A stretch of DNA of 64,000 nucleotides from the IMG/VR virus record IMGVR_UViG_3300033074_000711, positions 1 through 64,000 of that record; one strand, given 5' to 3'. The DNA is from a virus. Taxonomy: Duplodnaviria; Caudoviricetes. The notes beneath the pieces were generated by a model. The model made no database searches. It saw only the letters and a list, made by a program, of their open reading frames with translations, and was not told the DNA's origin. How positions within the stretch are numbered: position 1 is the first letter of the stretch; every line of letters starts with the position of its first letter. Positions 39,255 to 49,067 of the stretch are shown here, piece after piece. Both the position numbers and the translations under genes were made by a program.

Positions 39255-42038
39255 CTAAGTTTTTCTATTTGATATTGAATTTGTTGCTAATTGTGTATTA
39301 ACTTTTTTATTATCTAAATAAATATTTATATGTTTAATTGCGTCAACAACATTATCTAATTTTTTACTTAACTCGTTAACTAAAGCTTTATTTTGGTTAT
39401 CTTTTATTTCATTTAACTTATCTGTATTTATATTATTTATACCTGTTAAATCAATAGATGGTACTTTACTTATAGTTAACAATGATGTTGCTACACTACC
39501 TAATGCAACTGCTAGTTTTTCAAACTTAGGTGCATTATCAGCTAATTCTATTAAATCACTAAATGGATTTCCAGACACTATACTAAAAATAGAATTTGCA
39601 CCATTAAATATAGAAAGTGCTGTTAATGCTGTTGTTAATCCTATAACACTATTTGTTGCTGAAGCTATTCCAGATGATTTATCTGCTAAACCTATCATAC
39701 TCTTTGAAATTAAACTTAAAGCAAAAGCAAAAATCATTAATACACCACCAATACCAGCTAACAATAAAAATGCTGGTACAATAACAGCACTAAATGTTGT
39801 TGCTACTTGACCTAATACAATTAATGCTGGAATAAATATTAATAAAGCTGTTGCAACACCTGATAAACCTATCATCATAGATTCAAAATCTATACCATTA
39901 AATTGTTTTAATCCGTATGCAAAAACAACTAATGCACCACCCAAAATTAATATTGCTGTAGCGCCCTTTATTAAAGAAACTGGATTTATTTTACTAAATG
40001 ATGACATAGCACTACCAATCCCAGAACTTATTGTTTTAGCTGTTCCACCTAATGCACCAGCGGCTCCAGCGGCCGCACCTCCTGCACCAAATAACGAAAA
40101 ACCAGACATTATACCTTTTAATAACATTACACCTTTAAATAATTTATATAATGTAAAGCCAGCTAATGTTAATCCAACAACCCATGATAATATATCAGTA
40201 TTTATATTACTTATTAAATTTGCTATAAATTCTAATGTTGGTGCTAATACATTTAAAATTGGTGTTAAAATTTGAGCCAAAGAACCTAAAATATTTTTAA
40301 AAGATTGTTCAACTGATTGTGTAGATACTGCATATTTTTTTTGATTTATTAATGAATCCACTGTTTCATTATTTATATTTGATAATTGTTTTGAAATTTT
40401 ATCAAATTCTTGTCTTTGACCAACAGTCATTTTTGATATAATTTCCTGTTGCTTATACATTTTTAATAATTCATCTATAGATAAACCAATAGCATCTGCA
40501 ATAGCTTCTTGCTGTATTGAATTTAAATTATTAAATGTTTCAAGTGAACCTATTTGGTTAATTATGTCTTTTACACCACCTTCAACATTTTTATTAAATA
40601 TTTTATATCTTGCTGTATTAAAATCAATTTGCTTACCTAATAATGCTGTTAAATTCATTTCATTTTCTATTGAACTTTCCCAATCCATTATTTTATTTAC
40701 AATTTTAGAAACATCAGATAATGATAAACCTAATTTTCTAGCTTCTATAACAGTTTTAGTTATATTTTTTAAATTATTACCCATGTATTTTGATATTAAC
40801 TCTGAATTTTCATTTATTTCTTTAAATAATTCATTTGGTGCTATACCCATTATTTCAGAGAAATCTACTAAAATTGAAGCTGAATTTTTAGCAATTTTAT
40901 CTGTGTTTTGTTTAGATAATAAAGTCATTGATAAAAATTGACCAGCATTTTCTATATTTAATTTATTTAACAATGCTGTTGTTTTTAATAAATCTTTATT
41001 TAATACATTTATAGTTGAATATCCTTCATAAATACTTTCTATCGATTTTGATAATTCTTTTACACCTATATTATATTCACGCATTGAATTAGCATTATTA
41101 ATTAATATTTTATTTATAGAACTCATTGATTTATTAGTTAAATTAGTATTATCTTGTATTGATAATGTTTCCTCATCTATTTTACTTAATTGATTATATG
41201 CTAAAGCTAATGTTCCAACAATTAAGCTCATGCTTATTATAGCTGGATTAAAAATGATACTAAAAATTGGTTTTAATGATTTAGCTAAAATCATAAAACC
41301 ATTTTTAATAGCATCTATTGAAATATTTACTTTTCCATTTGTTATTGTTATAGCACTGTCTAAAATTTGTGTTAAATCTGTTTTTAATTTATTTTTAACA
41401 TGTTGTATATTAGGAAACAATTTACTAAATAAGTCAAATAACGGTATTTTTTCAATATATGAAAAAACAGAATCAAATATATTTAAATATTCTTTTATTA
41501 TTTTATTTTTTTGTTCTTTTATAGTTATTGCATTTACTATAGAATCTTGAACAATTTTCATAGTATCTGTTAAGGAATTTAAGTTATTTTCCAAATCACT
41601 TAAAATATTTTTAGCGGCACTAGATAATTTAGTTTTATCAATAGCATTTAAAGATGACATTGTACTTAATATCATCGTTTTATAATTATCTGTTATTTTA
41701 TCTAATTCCGCTGATGCGTTTACCGAATTTAATCTTGATGCTGATTCTGATAATTTTTCTGCAATATCTTCTATATTTAAATCACCTAATATATCTGGTA
41801 TAGACGTTAATGATTCAATTGTTTTATTTAATTGAGATTTAGTTGATTTACTATTTCTACTTTTATTTATTGTTTTGTTTATATCAAAAACAACAGAATC
41901 AAGTGATTTATCTATATTGGTTAATATTTGGTCAGTAAACCCTATTAATTTTTTACTAAGCGATTGTATTGAATTTTCAAATTGCCTGTCTCTTGAATAT
42001 CCATAATCACTATCATCATCAAAATCATGTCTAGGCAT
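39255..42038 (-). CDS. tape measure protein
   Basis: 927 aa, helical with hydrophobic Ala/Gly-rich segments; lies between chaperone and baseplate genes. Confidence 0.85.
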   Translation of the reverse strand: MPRHDFDDDSDYGYSRDRQFENSIQSLSKKLIGFTDQILTNIDKSLDSVVFDINKTINKSRNSKSTKSQLNKTIESLTSIPDILGDLNIEDIAEKLSESASRLNSVNASAELDKITDNYKTMILSTMSSLNAIDKTKLSSAAKNILSDLENNLNSLTDTMKIVQDSIVNAITIKEQKNKIIKEYLNIFDSVFSYIEKIPLFDLFSKLFPNIQHVKNKLKTDLTQILDSAITITNGKVNISIDAIKNGFMILAKSLKPIFSIIFNPAIISMSLIVGTLALAYNQLSKIDEETLSIQDNTNLTNKSMSSINKILINNANSMREYNIGVKELSKSIESIYEGYSTINVLNKDLLKTTALLNKLNIENAGQFLSMTLLSKQNTDKIAKNSASILVDFSEIMGIAPNELFKEINENSELISKYMGNNLKNITKTVIEARKLGLSLSDVSKIVNKIMDWESSIENEMNLTALLGKQIDFNTARYKIFNKNVEGGVKDIINQIGSLETFNNLNSIQQEAIADAIGLSIDELLKMYKQQEIISKMTVGQRQEFDKISKQLSNINNETVDSLINQKKYAVSTQSVEQSFKNILGSLAQILTPILNVLAPTLEFIANLISNINTDILSWVVGLTLAGFTLYKLFKGVMLLKGIMSGFSLFGAGGAAAGAAGALGGTAKTISSGIGSAMSSFSKINPVSLIKGATAILILGGALVVFAYGLKQFNGIDFESMMIGLSGVATALLIFIPALIVLGQVATTFSAVIVPAFLLLAGIGGVLMIFAFALSLISKSMIGLADKSSGIASATNSVIGLTTALTALSIFNGANSIFSIVSGNPFSDLIELADNAPKFEKLAVALGSVATSLLTISKVPSIDLTGINNINTDKLNEIKDNQNKALVNELSKKLDNVVDAIKHINIYLDNKKVNTQLATNSISNRKT

Positions 42039-42041
42039 ATA

Positions 42042-42272
42042 TTACACATTAAAAAATGTTTTTAAAAAATCTTCATGGTCAATATCTATTTTACTTAAAT
42101 GTTTTTTATATAATTCTAAATCAGCATCTAACCTTTGTTGAACTTTTTCTAAATCAGGATTATTTTTTAAAGCATTTTGTAGTTTATTAGATTTACCAGT
42201 TAATGTTAAATAAATAATTTTTTCAAGTATTTTATCTATAAATCCTTCTTTTAATAATGGTTCTAATTTCAT
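42042..42272 (-). CDS. small protein with MKL..LLKE leader
   Basis: Start corrected to 42272 (AAGGTG RBS; late motif at 42291). Confidence 0.65.
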   Translation of the reverse strand: MKLEPLLKEGFIDKILEKIIYLTLTGKSNKLQNALKNNPDLEKVQQRLDADLELYKKHLSKIDIDHEDFLKTFFNV

Positions 42273-42299
42273 AATACACCTTTTATTTTTTATAAATAT

Positions 42300-42335
42300 A
42301 AAAAATGCCAAAAACTTATTTAGTTTTGGCATTTA
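42300..42335 (-). terminator. intrinsic terminator after the chaperone extension
   Basis: AAATGCCAAAA / TTTTGGCATTT stem plus T-run. Confidence 0.65.
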
Positions 42336-42510
42336 TTTCATCTAATTCTTTTTTCTCACTTTTTTTAACATCCTGTAACTTTTTAATAAAATGTTTTCTC
42401 AATATTGTCGGCATTTGATAAACTACATCAAAAGTAAAACCACCATTACTATAATATGATAATGAAAAAATTTCATTATACAAATCTAATCTATAATCAC
42501 TTGGAAGGCC
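42316..42510 (-). CDS. frameshift extension of the tail-assembly chaperone (T4 gp51-like, 64 codons)
   Basis: Open frame GLPSDYRLDLYNEIFSLSYYSNGGFTFDVVYQMPTILRKHFIKKL... begins at the U7 run of the upstream gene; no RBS-supported start seen. Confidence 0.7.
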   Translation of the reverse strand, partial: GLPSDYRLDLYNEIFSLSYYSNGGFTFDVVYQMPTILRKHFIKKLQDVKKSEKKELDEINAKTK

Positions 42511-43246
42511 AAAAAAAGTTAATATCCATCGGCATCATAACTGTGTCCTCGTGGCCACAATTATCACATGAATATAAAACTTTAGTATCAATACCAGGTG
42601 TAATTTTACTTATATAATTCCTTAAAGCTAATGAATCTGAACCCAATAATCTGTTATTAACAAAATTTCTAATATTTTCTTTTTTGCTATCACCATTTAT
42701 ACTATTTATCATTTTAATCAATCTTGTTGTAATTTCACCACTAACATTACTAAATTTTTTAGATGATTTTAACATTGCTTCAATTTCTTCATCATCAGCA
42801 ATTGTTAATAAACTAAAATCAACTGTGGCATTACTATATGGTAATACAAAACTGAATGAATTACTTACTACACTTTCATCAACTTCTTTAATATCTAAAT
42901 CTGATAAATTTATTTTCAATGGAACTGTTTCATTACATTGTGGGCACTTTAAAGATGTTTCATATATTTCAGTATATAATAAAATTCTACTAGCTATTAA
43001 TAATGCATTTTTATCACATAATAAAATATCACTATACTTTATATTTTCATCAACTATTAAAGATTTTAAAAATACATCCAATACCACACCTTTAGTAACT
43101 AAATTTTTACTTAATAATATATCTTCATGCCTTGCTGTTGGTTTTCTTAATTCTATTGTGCCTTTACTCAATGGACTACTAGAATCATATAATTTACCAC
43201 CACTTGGTAAACTAATAACTTCTGTTGGATATTTTTCGATATTCAA
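42497..43246 (-). CDS. baseplate hub assembly / tail assembly chaperone (T4 gp26-like)
   Basis: LPS.G..Y, TA..EDIL, two CxxC motifs, ends FFWP; lies between tube and tape measure. Confidence 0.82.
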   Translation of the reverse strand: MNIEKYPTEVISLPSGGKLYDSSSPLSKGTIELRKPTARHEDILLSKNLVTKGVVLDVFLKSLIVDENIKYSDILLCDKNALLIASRILLYTEIYETSLKCPQCNETVPLKINLSDLDIKEVDESVVSNSFSFVLPYSNATVDFSLLTIADDEEIEAMLKSSKKFSNVSGEITTRLIKMINSINGDSKKENIRNFVNNRLLGSDSLALRNYISKITPGIDTKVLYSCDNCGHEDTVMMPMDINFFWPSK

Positions 43247-43297
43247 TTAATAACTCCTTAATTTATTTTTGTAACGTTTATTTATATAACTATTTAA

Positions 43298-43321
43298 AAT
43301 GCGCCATTTTATTGACGCATT
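43298..43321 (-). terminator. hairpin after the tail tube gene
   Basis: AATGCGTCA/TGGCGCATT stem (G-U pair works on the minus strand). Confidence 0.5.
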
Positions 43322-43324
43322 ATA

Positions 43325-43816
43325 TTAATATTCTAATACAGCATAATCAAATTCTATGGTAATAGGAATTTTATTAACTGTGTTTGTACTATTCCAGTCA
43401 CCTTTTCCATAATCAACACTTTTAATAAAAGCACCAACTATTCTCCACTCACTAACAACATCACCAACTGGACCCAAAACCTCTAAACGCAATTCTTTTT
43501 TATACATACTAGAATATCCAGCTCTACCAGTTATAGACTCATAACATAATCTTTGCCATTCTATAGCGGCTTGTGCGCCACTGGGTGAAATTGGGTCTAA
43601 TAATGTTATAGTTATCGGTTGCCAAGTACCTTTACCAGCTAATTTTCTAGTCGTATTTATATGCGGTAAGCTAACAGTATCAAAATCCATTTTAGGATAA
43701 TCTGATGATTCTATTATATATGATGGTATTCCATTAATATACATTTTAAATCGGTGCTCTTGTTTAGGTTCAAAGTCTTTAAAAAACATTTCATCTGTTT
43801 CTAATATTTTCGCCAT
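43325..43816 (-). CDS. tail tube protein (T4 gp19-like)
   Basis: FEPKQ.HRF, W..ITITL.DPI.PS, YKK...L..LGPVG..V..W...GAF. Confidence 0.9.
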   Translation of the reverse strand: MAKILETDEMFFKDFEPKQEHRFKMYINGIPSYIIESSDYPKMDFDTVSLPHINTTRKLAGKGTWQPITITLLDPISPSGAQAAIEWQRLCYESITGRAGYSSMYKKELRLEVLGPVGDVVSEWRIVGAFIKSVDYGKGDWNSTNTVNKIPITIEFDYAVLEY

Positions 43817-43855
43817 TTTAATCCTCGTTTAATTTATATATAAATATAAAAAAAT

Positions 43856-43888
43856 TAAAAAATGATACCATATTTCTACAGTATCATT
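43856..43888 (-). terminator. intrinsic terminator after the sheath gene
   Basis: AATGATACTGTA-GAAA-TATGGTATCATT followed by T-run. Confidence 0.7.
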
Positions 43889-43896
43889 ATTGTAAT

Positions 43897-46242
43897 TTAT
43901 TCTGAAAAAGTTGTACCTGTTGGTGAAATATTAAAATCTAATTTTATAATTTCTGCCGATGGCACTGGTATAATATAAATTGCACCAATTAATTCATTTC
44001 TATCTATTACATCAGGTGTATTATTTGTTTCATCCATAACAACTTTAAAACCAGATAAACCTGACCTATTTTTAACTGTTTCTAAATATGGGTTTACTAA
44101 ACTTAAAAATTGATTTCTTAATGCACTATTATTTTGTTCAAATACTAATAATCTTGCAATATTACCAATATATTTTCTAAGTGTTAATAATAAACGTTTA
44201 ACATTAATTCTATTAACTAGTGATACTCTTTTTTGTAAATTCTTTTGGCCATATACTGATATACCTTGATTAGCAAATATAGCAATTGGATTTATTCTAT
44301 TTTCATATAAAGTATCTCTTTCTTTTTGTGTTAATCTTGTTCTAATATCAGTTGCTTCTGGTACACCACCTCTATTTAAACCTGCTGGTGCGTACCAACT
44401 TGCTGATATTCTATCATTAAAAGAAATAACACCACTTATTACAACTGACGGTGGCACCCAAGTATATTTACGTGTAATATTATCAAATATTTTAACCCAC
44501 GGGTAATATGTTGCTACAGAATTGTTATCAATACCTGATACAGAATCAACTGCATCTTGTATTGCATCATTTAATCCGCAACAATCCATTGGATAAAAAA
44601 CATCACTTCTTAAATTAGATGCATAATCTGTTACATAAGGATGTTTATTGTTTAATATACCAGGTAATATTAACATATTAATATCATATTCATCTTCATT
44701 TGATACAGCGTTTAATGCATATTTATATGCTATAGTACCTGCTGATGTTGCTGTGCTACAATCAAATCCAAAAACATTTGTATTTACAATATTTTCACCA
44801 ACAAATTTTGGTTTATTATAAGCTATTCCATCAAAGCCACCTTGAAAACCTACTGCAAATTTTAACATTTCAGTTGGCGCTAAACTACTTGATAATGAAC
44901 CAGAAAATAAAGATGAACTGGCATGACCAAATAAATTGTCTAAATTAAACGAACCACTGATATTTAATACAGCACTACCAGAATCTGATATTGAAGAACA
45001 ATATTCTAAGTTATCAGTGTTTGTAAAATCTAGACCAAATGGTATTCTTGAATTATATGTTGTTGAATTTCCTTGATATTGAGTAAATGCTAATTTTGGA
45101 TAATATGCAGAAACATTATTAATACCAGTTGGTGTTAAATAACTTGAGTGACCAAATGGTACAATTTCATTTGGTATTGAATTTAAGTTATCTGACGGAA
45201 TAACCCTAATAAATGATGATTTATTTGGATAATCACCATTTATTATTTTTTTACCAGTTGACGGTTGAAATGTTGTATATTGTGTACCAATTTTATTACA
45301 AATATAATTTTCAGAATTAGGGTCTAATGTACATCCAGAAAACGTTTCTAAAACAACAGGTTGATTATTTGTATCAGCAAAATCTCTAACAACAACATTA
45401 AATGTACCATAATCTAATGAACCAGATGCTGGTTTTTTTACATCTGAGATAACAACTTTAACTTTTTTATTCGCATAATCACCATCGGAGATTGTTGCAA
45501 ATTTAAATAAATTATAAGGGCCGCCAGAAACACTATTTTGTGATGTAATATAAGGTGTTGATGCGTACGAATAATTTTTATTAACAACAAATGAAAATCC
45601 ATTTGATTCATTACTACCAGTAACTTCAACAGAACCAGATGCTAATGCAAATATATTTGAATTATTTGAAAATAGTTTATAACAATAAAAGTTTTTAGAA
45701 ATATCATTACCATTAGTACTGGTTGGTGAACTACCAAAAACCTTTGCTACATAATTAGGACTAGATGTTAAAAAAGATGCTGATACACCAACTGAACCAC
45801 TTTTAATAATAAAGGAACTATTAGTACCAACAACTGTTAATGATGTTGCTAACAATGAACCACTATTAATTATTGTTGGTGCTAAAACAACACCGACCTG
45901 CTTACCATCACTGCCAGTGGCATTGCTACCAGAAACATACACAACATATGAATTAGCATTTGCAACTGGTATTCCTTCAGTATTTAATACTCTAACAACA
46001 TTAACTAATCCATTGTTTTTTAAATAATTTTTAACAGTTTGTGCAGTATATGAATAATCATTATTTCCACCAAATATTAAATCATATTCGTCACTTGAAC
46101 GTATTTGAACTGGCACAAAAGCGGGGCCATCTGTTGTGGGACCAATGACAGCTATACCTGTTTCACCAACACCGGGTGCAACAAATGTTTTGTCATTTTC
46201 GCTTGTGTAAACACCAGCAGATACTATTTTTTCTACAGCCAT
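43897..46242 (-). CDS. tail sheath protein (T4 gp18-like)
   Basis: S.GVY..END, GP...GPAFVP, YYPWV, WYAPAGLNRG, INPI, RINV.RL, NTPDVIDRN. Confidence 0.95.
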   Translation of the reverse strand: MAVEKIVSAGVYTSENDKTFVAPGVGETGIAVIGPTTDGPAFVPVQIRSSDEYDLIFGGNNDYSYTAQTVKNYLKNNGLVNVVRVLNTEGIPVANANSYVVYVSGSNATGSDGKQVGVVLAPTIINSGSLLATSLTVVGTNSSFIIKSGSVGVSASFLTSSPNYVAKVFGSSPTSTNGNDISKNFYCYKLFSNNSNIFALASGSVEVTGSNESNGFSFVVNKNYSYASTPYITSQNSVSGGPYNLFKFATISDGDYANKKVKVVISDVKKPASGSLDYGTFNVVVRDFADTNNQPVVLETFSGCTLDPNSENYICNKIGTQYTTFQPSTGKKIINGDYPNKSSFIRVIPSDNLNSIPNEIVPFGHSSYLTPTGINNVSAYYPKLAFTQYQGNSTTYNSRIPFGLDFTNTDNLEYCSSISDSGSAVLNISGSFNLDNLFGHASSSLFSGSLSSSLAPTEMLKFAVGFQGGFDGIAYNKPKFVGENIVNTNVFGFDCSTATSAGTIAYKYALNAVSNEDEYDINMLILPGILNNKHPYVTDYASNLRSDVFYPMDCCGLNDAIQDAVDSVSGIDNNSVATYYPWVKIFDNITRKYTWVPPSVVISGVISFNDRISASWYAPAGLNRGGVPEATDIRTRLTQKERDTLYENRINPIAIFANQGISVYGQKNLQKRVSLVNRINVKRLLLTLRKYIGNIARLLVFEQNNSALRNQFLSLVNPYLETVKNRSGLSGFKVVMDETNNTPDVIDRNELIGAIYIIPVPSAEIIKLDFNISPTGTTFSE

Positions 46243-46277
46243 TTTTACTCCTTTTAATAATTAAATAAAATTTATTA

Positions 46278-46296
46278 TATTTATAAATATAAAAAA
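46278..46296 (-). promoter_or_regulatory. putative late promoter TTTTTATATTTATA (example upstream of the sheath gene)
   Basis: Same motif at 27268, 31788, 42291, 43839, 48890, 50453, 53323, 54858, 56603, 60112, each upstream of a structural, lysis or replication gene. Confidence 0.7.
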
Positions 46297-46311
46297 TTTT
46301 TTGATATTTAA

Positions 46312-46557
46312 TTATTTTATAAGCTCACCAGTTTCTAAATTTAATTGACCATCTCCATATTTTTTAATAATATATTCTACTATATTTTTTTCTTCTATTT
46401 TTATATCATCATAATTTTTTAATAATATTTTTTCTTCTTCTTTTAATACTTCCATATTAATTTTATTTTTACCAATTTCTAAAAATAATTTAGATAATTT
46501 TATTTGAATTTCTTTTATTTTTAAAATATCTTCTTGTTTAAGTTTTGTTACACTCAT
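46312..46557 (-). CDS. small coiled-coil protein
   Basis: KYGDG.LNLETGE C-terminus. Confidence 0.7.
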   Translation of the reverse strand: MSVTKLKQEDILKIKEIQIKLSKLFLEIGKNKINMEVLKEEEKILLKNYDDIKIEEKNIVEYIIKKYGDGQLNLETGELIK

Positions 46558-46561
46558 TTAA

Positions 46562-47290
46562 TTATCCTATATTTTCTTTAATGTTAATTTTATATCTTGG
46601 TATTATTCTTTTTATAGTTGGTTTATTCATATAAAAATCTGATAAAATTTTAGCAACAACTGTAATTTTTAAATCGGCTTGAACTATTCTTTTATCATCA
46701 ACTATGTTTATTTTACTATCATAAGATTCAATATTTACATAATATTGATTTTTATTATCAATGCTCCAATATTTATTTGAATAAAATAAAAATGTAGTTA
46801 ATAATGAATCCATATGTTCTTTATATGCTGTCCAAATATTCATTGTATAATCAATTTGAACAAATTTAGCTGGTATTGCTTCATAATAGTTTATCTTTTT
46901 ATTTGGTTCATTAATTAAACTAAATAAACCATATGGATTATTTTTACCATACTTTGTACCAAAAACTATTGTATTATTGTAATCTAAATGTGGTATATTA
47001 AAACCTTCATATGGTCTAAAACCATTATCACCTATAACTATTATCGGTAATAATATTTGTTTTGTATTAGTATCTCTTATATAATTATCATTTCTAACAG
47101 CTTTACTTCTTTCAGGTGTTTGAAACTTAACAGGCACATTATAAATATTACCGTTTTCAACTATATTAGGATTTATAATAGTTTGTATGTATTTTAATAA
47201 TGTTTCATTAACATTTTTTAATGTAAAAATATTTTTTTTATTATTATTTATAGATTTTGCTATATTTTTTGATTTATTTTTATTATTCAT
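46562..47290 (-). CDS. tail terminator / sheath stabiliser (T4 gp15-like)
   Basis: VPV.F..PER, LP.I, I.Y.M.IWT; lies between neck and sheath. Confidence 0.7.
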   Translation of the reverse strand: MNNKNKSKNIAKSINNNKKNIFTLKNVNETLLKYIQTIINPNIVENGNIYNVPVKFQTPERSKAVRNDNYIRDTNTKQILLPIIVIGDNGFRPYEGFNIPHLDYNNTIVFGTKYGKNNPYGLFSLINEPNKKINYYEAIPAKFVQIDYTMNIWTAYKEHMDSLLTTFLFYSNKYWSIDNKNQYYVNIESYDSKINIVDDKRIVQADLKITVVAKILSDFYMNKPTIKRIIPRYKINIKENIG

Positions 47291-47738
47291 ATCTTGAAGC
47301 CATATTTAAAAATGATTTATTAGTACTAGTACAATCTAAAACTATAGTAAAATTATATCCTGGTCTATTTTGTAAATATTGATTAACTTTTGTATTTATA
47401 ACTTCATAATAAAAGTTATTCCACTCAACATAGTCGCCAACCATTGGTAACCAACCTAATTGCTCAAAAATATTCTGTTTTAATGCAAAGGTTGTTTTTG
47501 ATGTTTCGCTAACACCAATTTCACTAAAAGTTTCTGACGGTGAATCATGATTCATTAAACACTTTACTTCAACTGGCTCTAAATATGTTTTGTTAATATT
47601 TTCACCGTAAATATCATCACTCATTTCAGCTAAATTTGCTCTATAAATTCTAACACTTGTATCAACAACTTTATTAACTAATTCGTCTGAAACTGTATGT
47701 ATAAATCTATAATCTCGTTCTGTTAAAAATCTTGGCAT
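47283..47738 (-). CDS. neck / head-closure protein (T4 gp14-like)
   Basis: DIYGE, P.VGD.V.W...YYEV; position. Confidence 0.7.
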   Translation of the reverse strand: MPRFLTERDYRFIHTVSDELVNKVVDTSVRIYRANLAEMSDDIYGENINKTYLEPVEVKCLMNHDSPSETFSEIGVSETSKTTFALKQNIFEQLGWLPMVGDYVEWNNFYYEVINTKVNQYLQNRPGYNFTIVLDCTSTNKSFLNMASRYE

Positions 47739-47740
47739 AA

Positions 47741-48862
47741 TTATATCACAAATATTGGTAAAGGAACTTTTTGTAAAACACCTTGTAACATCTCACTTTC
47801 GTCTTTTTTATTTTCTAACTGAGATTTTTTAGAAACTTTTTCTAAATTATCTTTTAACTGTTCAATTAATGCATCTCTTTCTGCTTCACCTGAAGCTCTA
47901 AGTGAATCAGCATCTAATGAAACAGAACCATCTGGTAAAGGTATATTTTGAAATTTACCTCGTATTGTACCCAATGTTATTTTACTTATAGCTAGACAAT
48001 ATTCAAAAATCCACTGTTTACCAGCACTATTAATATTAGAATATGTTAATAAATTAAATGGTGTATCTGATATATTATTTATTTTACCTGTTGTACTTTC
48101 ATTATAACTATAAACTTCACTATCTATTGTATATTCAAACCATAATTTAAAATCACTCATTGGTCTAGGAAATAGCTTTAAAACATTATTCACAATTTTA
48201 AATGAATAATTAGCTTTTCTAATTTGGTCATTTAATTCAACGGCTTGCATTCTTAAAATATCTTCATAAACTGGTCTTAATAAATATATTTGAGAACCTT
48301 GTGTATAAGAATTAAAACCAAATGCTATTGAGTTAACAACATCATTTCCATTTCCTGTGTAAAAATCATAATTTCTTATTATTGACGGTATTGGATTGTG
48401 AAACACTTTTCTAATAGTTACACTACTTGAAAATAAACTTTTTAAATCGTAAGTTTGAACATTTGATGTGACATTTAAAGATGCACTATAATAATTAACA
48501 TGACCACCAACGCCGACAGCAGTTCCATATGAATCAGCTATTTTTATTATATTGTTAATATTATTAACCATTGCATATGGATTACTAGATGTTGGAGAAC
48601 CCTTTAATAATAAAAAATTATCTACAGCACTGTGATTATTAACCATGCTTGCAAATTTATTAATAGATTCTTCAAAATTTGAATATAATATTGTATCTGT
48701 TAATTCAACATCTTGTATTGGATATCCTAAACGCCTGCAAATCCATTTACTAACTTTTTTAGCATCTTGTGTAAATATTGTGTCAGAATCATAATACCCA
48801 AATGGTGTAGAACCTGATACTTCACCAGGATTATCATCCCAAATTACTGAATTAATATCCAT
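47741..48862 (-). CDS. neck / adaptor protein (T4 gp13-like)
   Basis: RRLGYP..DVEL, WI.EY.LA..K..LG.IRGKF..IP. Confidence 0.85.
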   Translation of the reverse strand: MDINSVIWDDNPGEVSGSTPFGYYDSDTIFTQDAKKVSKWICRRLGYPIQDVELTDTILYSNFEESINKFASMVNNHSAVDNFLLLKGSPTSSNPYAMVNNINNIIKIADSYGTAVGVGGHVNYYSASLNVTSNVQTYDLKSLFSSSVTIRKVFHNPIPSIIRNYDFYTGNGNDVVNSIAFGFNSYTQGSQIYLLRPVYEDILRMQAVELNDQIRKANYSFKIVNNVLKLFPRPMSDFKLWFEYTIDSEVYSYNESTTGKINNISDTPFNLLTYSNINSAGKQWIFEYCLAISKITLGTIRGKFQNIPLPDGSVSLDADSLRASGEAERDALIEQLKDNLEKVSKKSQLENKKDESEMLQGVLQKVPLPIFVI

Positions 48863-48913
48863 TGTAATACCTATTTTAATTTAATTATTTATAAATATAA
48901 AAAATATAAATAA

Positions 48914-49045
48914 TTATTCACTTTGTAACTTTTTATGCTTTCTTTTTCTATTATATAATTTAGAGGATGCCTTTACATACGGTCTTTGTGTGGGTAAAGG
49001 CATCCTAATTTTTGGTTTTTTTATTTTTATTTTAAAATTTTTCAT
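48914..49045 (-). CDS. 43-aa basic protein with ArfA-like YNRKxKH motif
   Basis: Hand-translated MKNFKIKIKKPKIRMPLPTQRPYVKASSKLYNRKRKHKKLQSE; fills the gap between genes. Confidence 0.55.
   Translation of the reverse strand: MKNFKIKIKKPKIRMPLPTQRPYVKASSKLYNRKRKHKKLQSE
48964..49006. other. 13-bp perfect inverted repeat (RNA hairpin)
   Basis: AGGATGCCTTTAC-N17-GTAAAGGCATCCT. Confidence 0.8.
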
Positions 49046-49067
49046 TTTGTAAACATTTAATTAATTT

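Noticed and set aside
42273-42332. Longer start (MPKLNK...) for the ORF ending at 42042
   Set aside because: It runs through the terminator and late motif and overlaps the chaperone extension; the ATG at 42272 has an RBS
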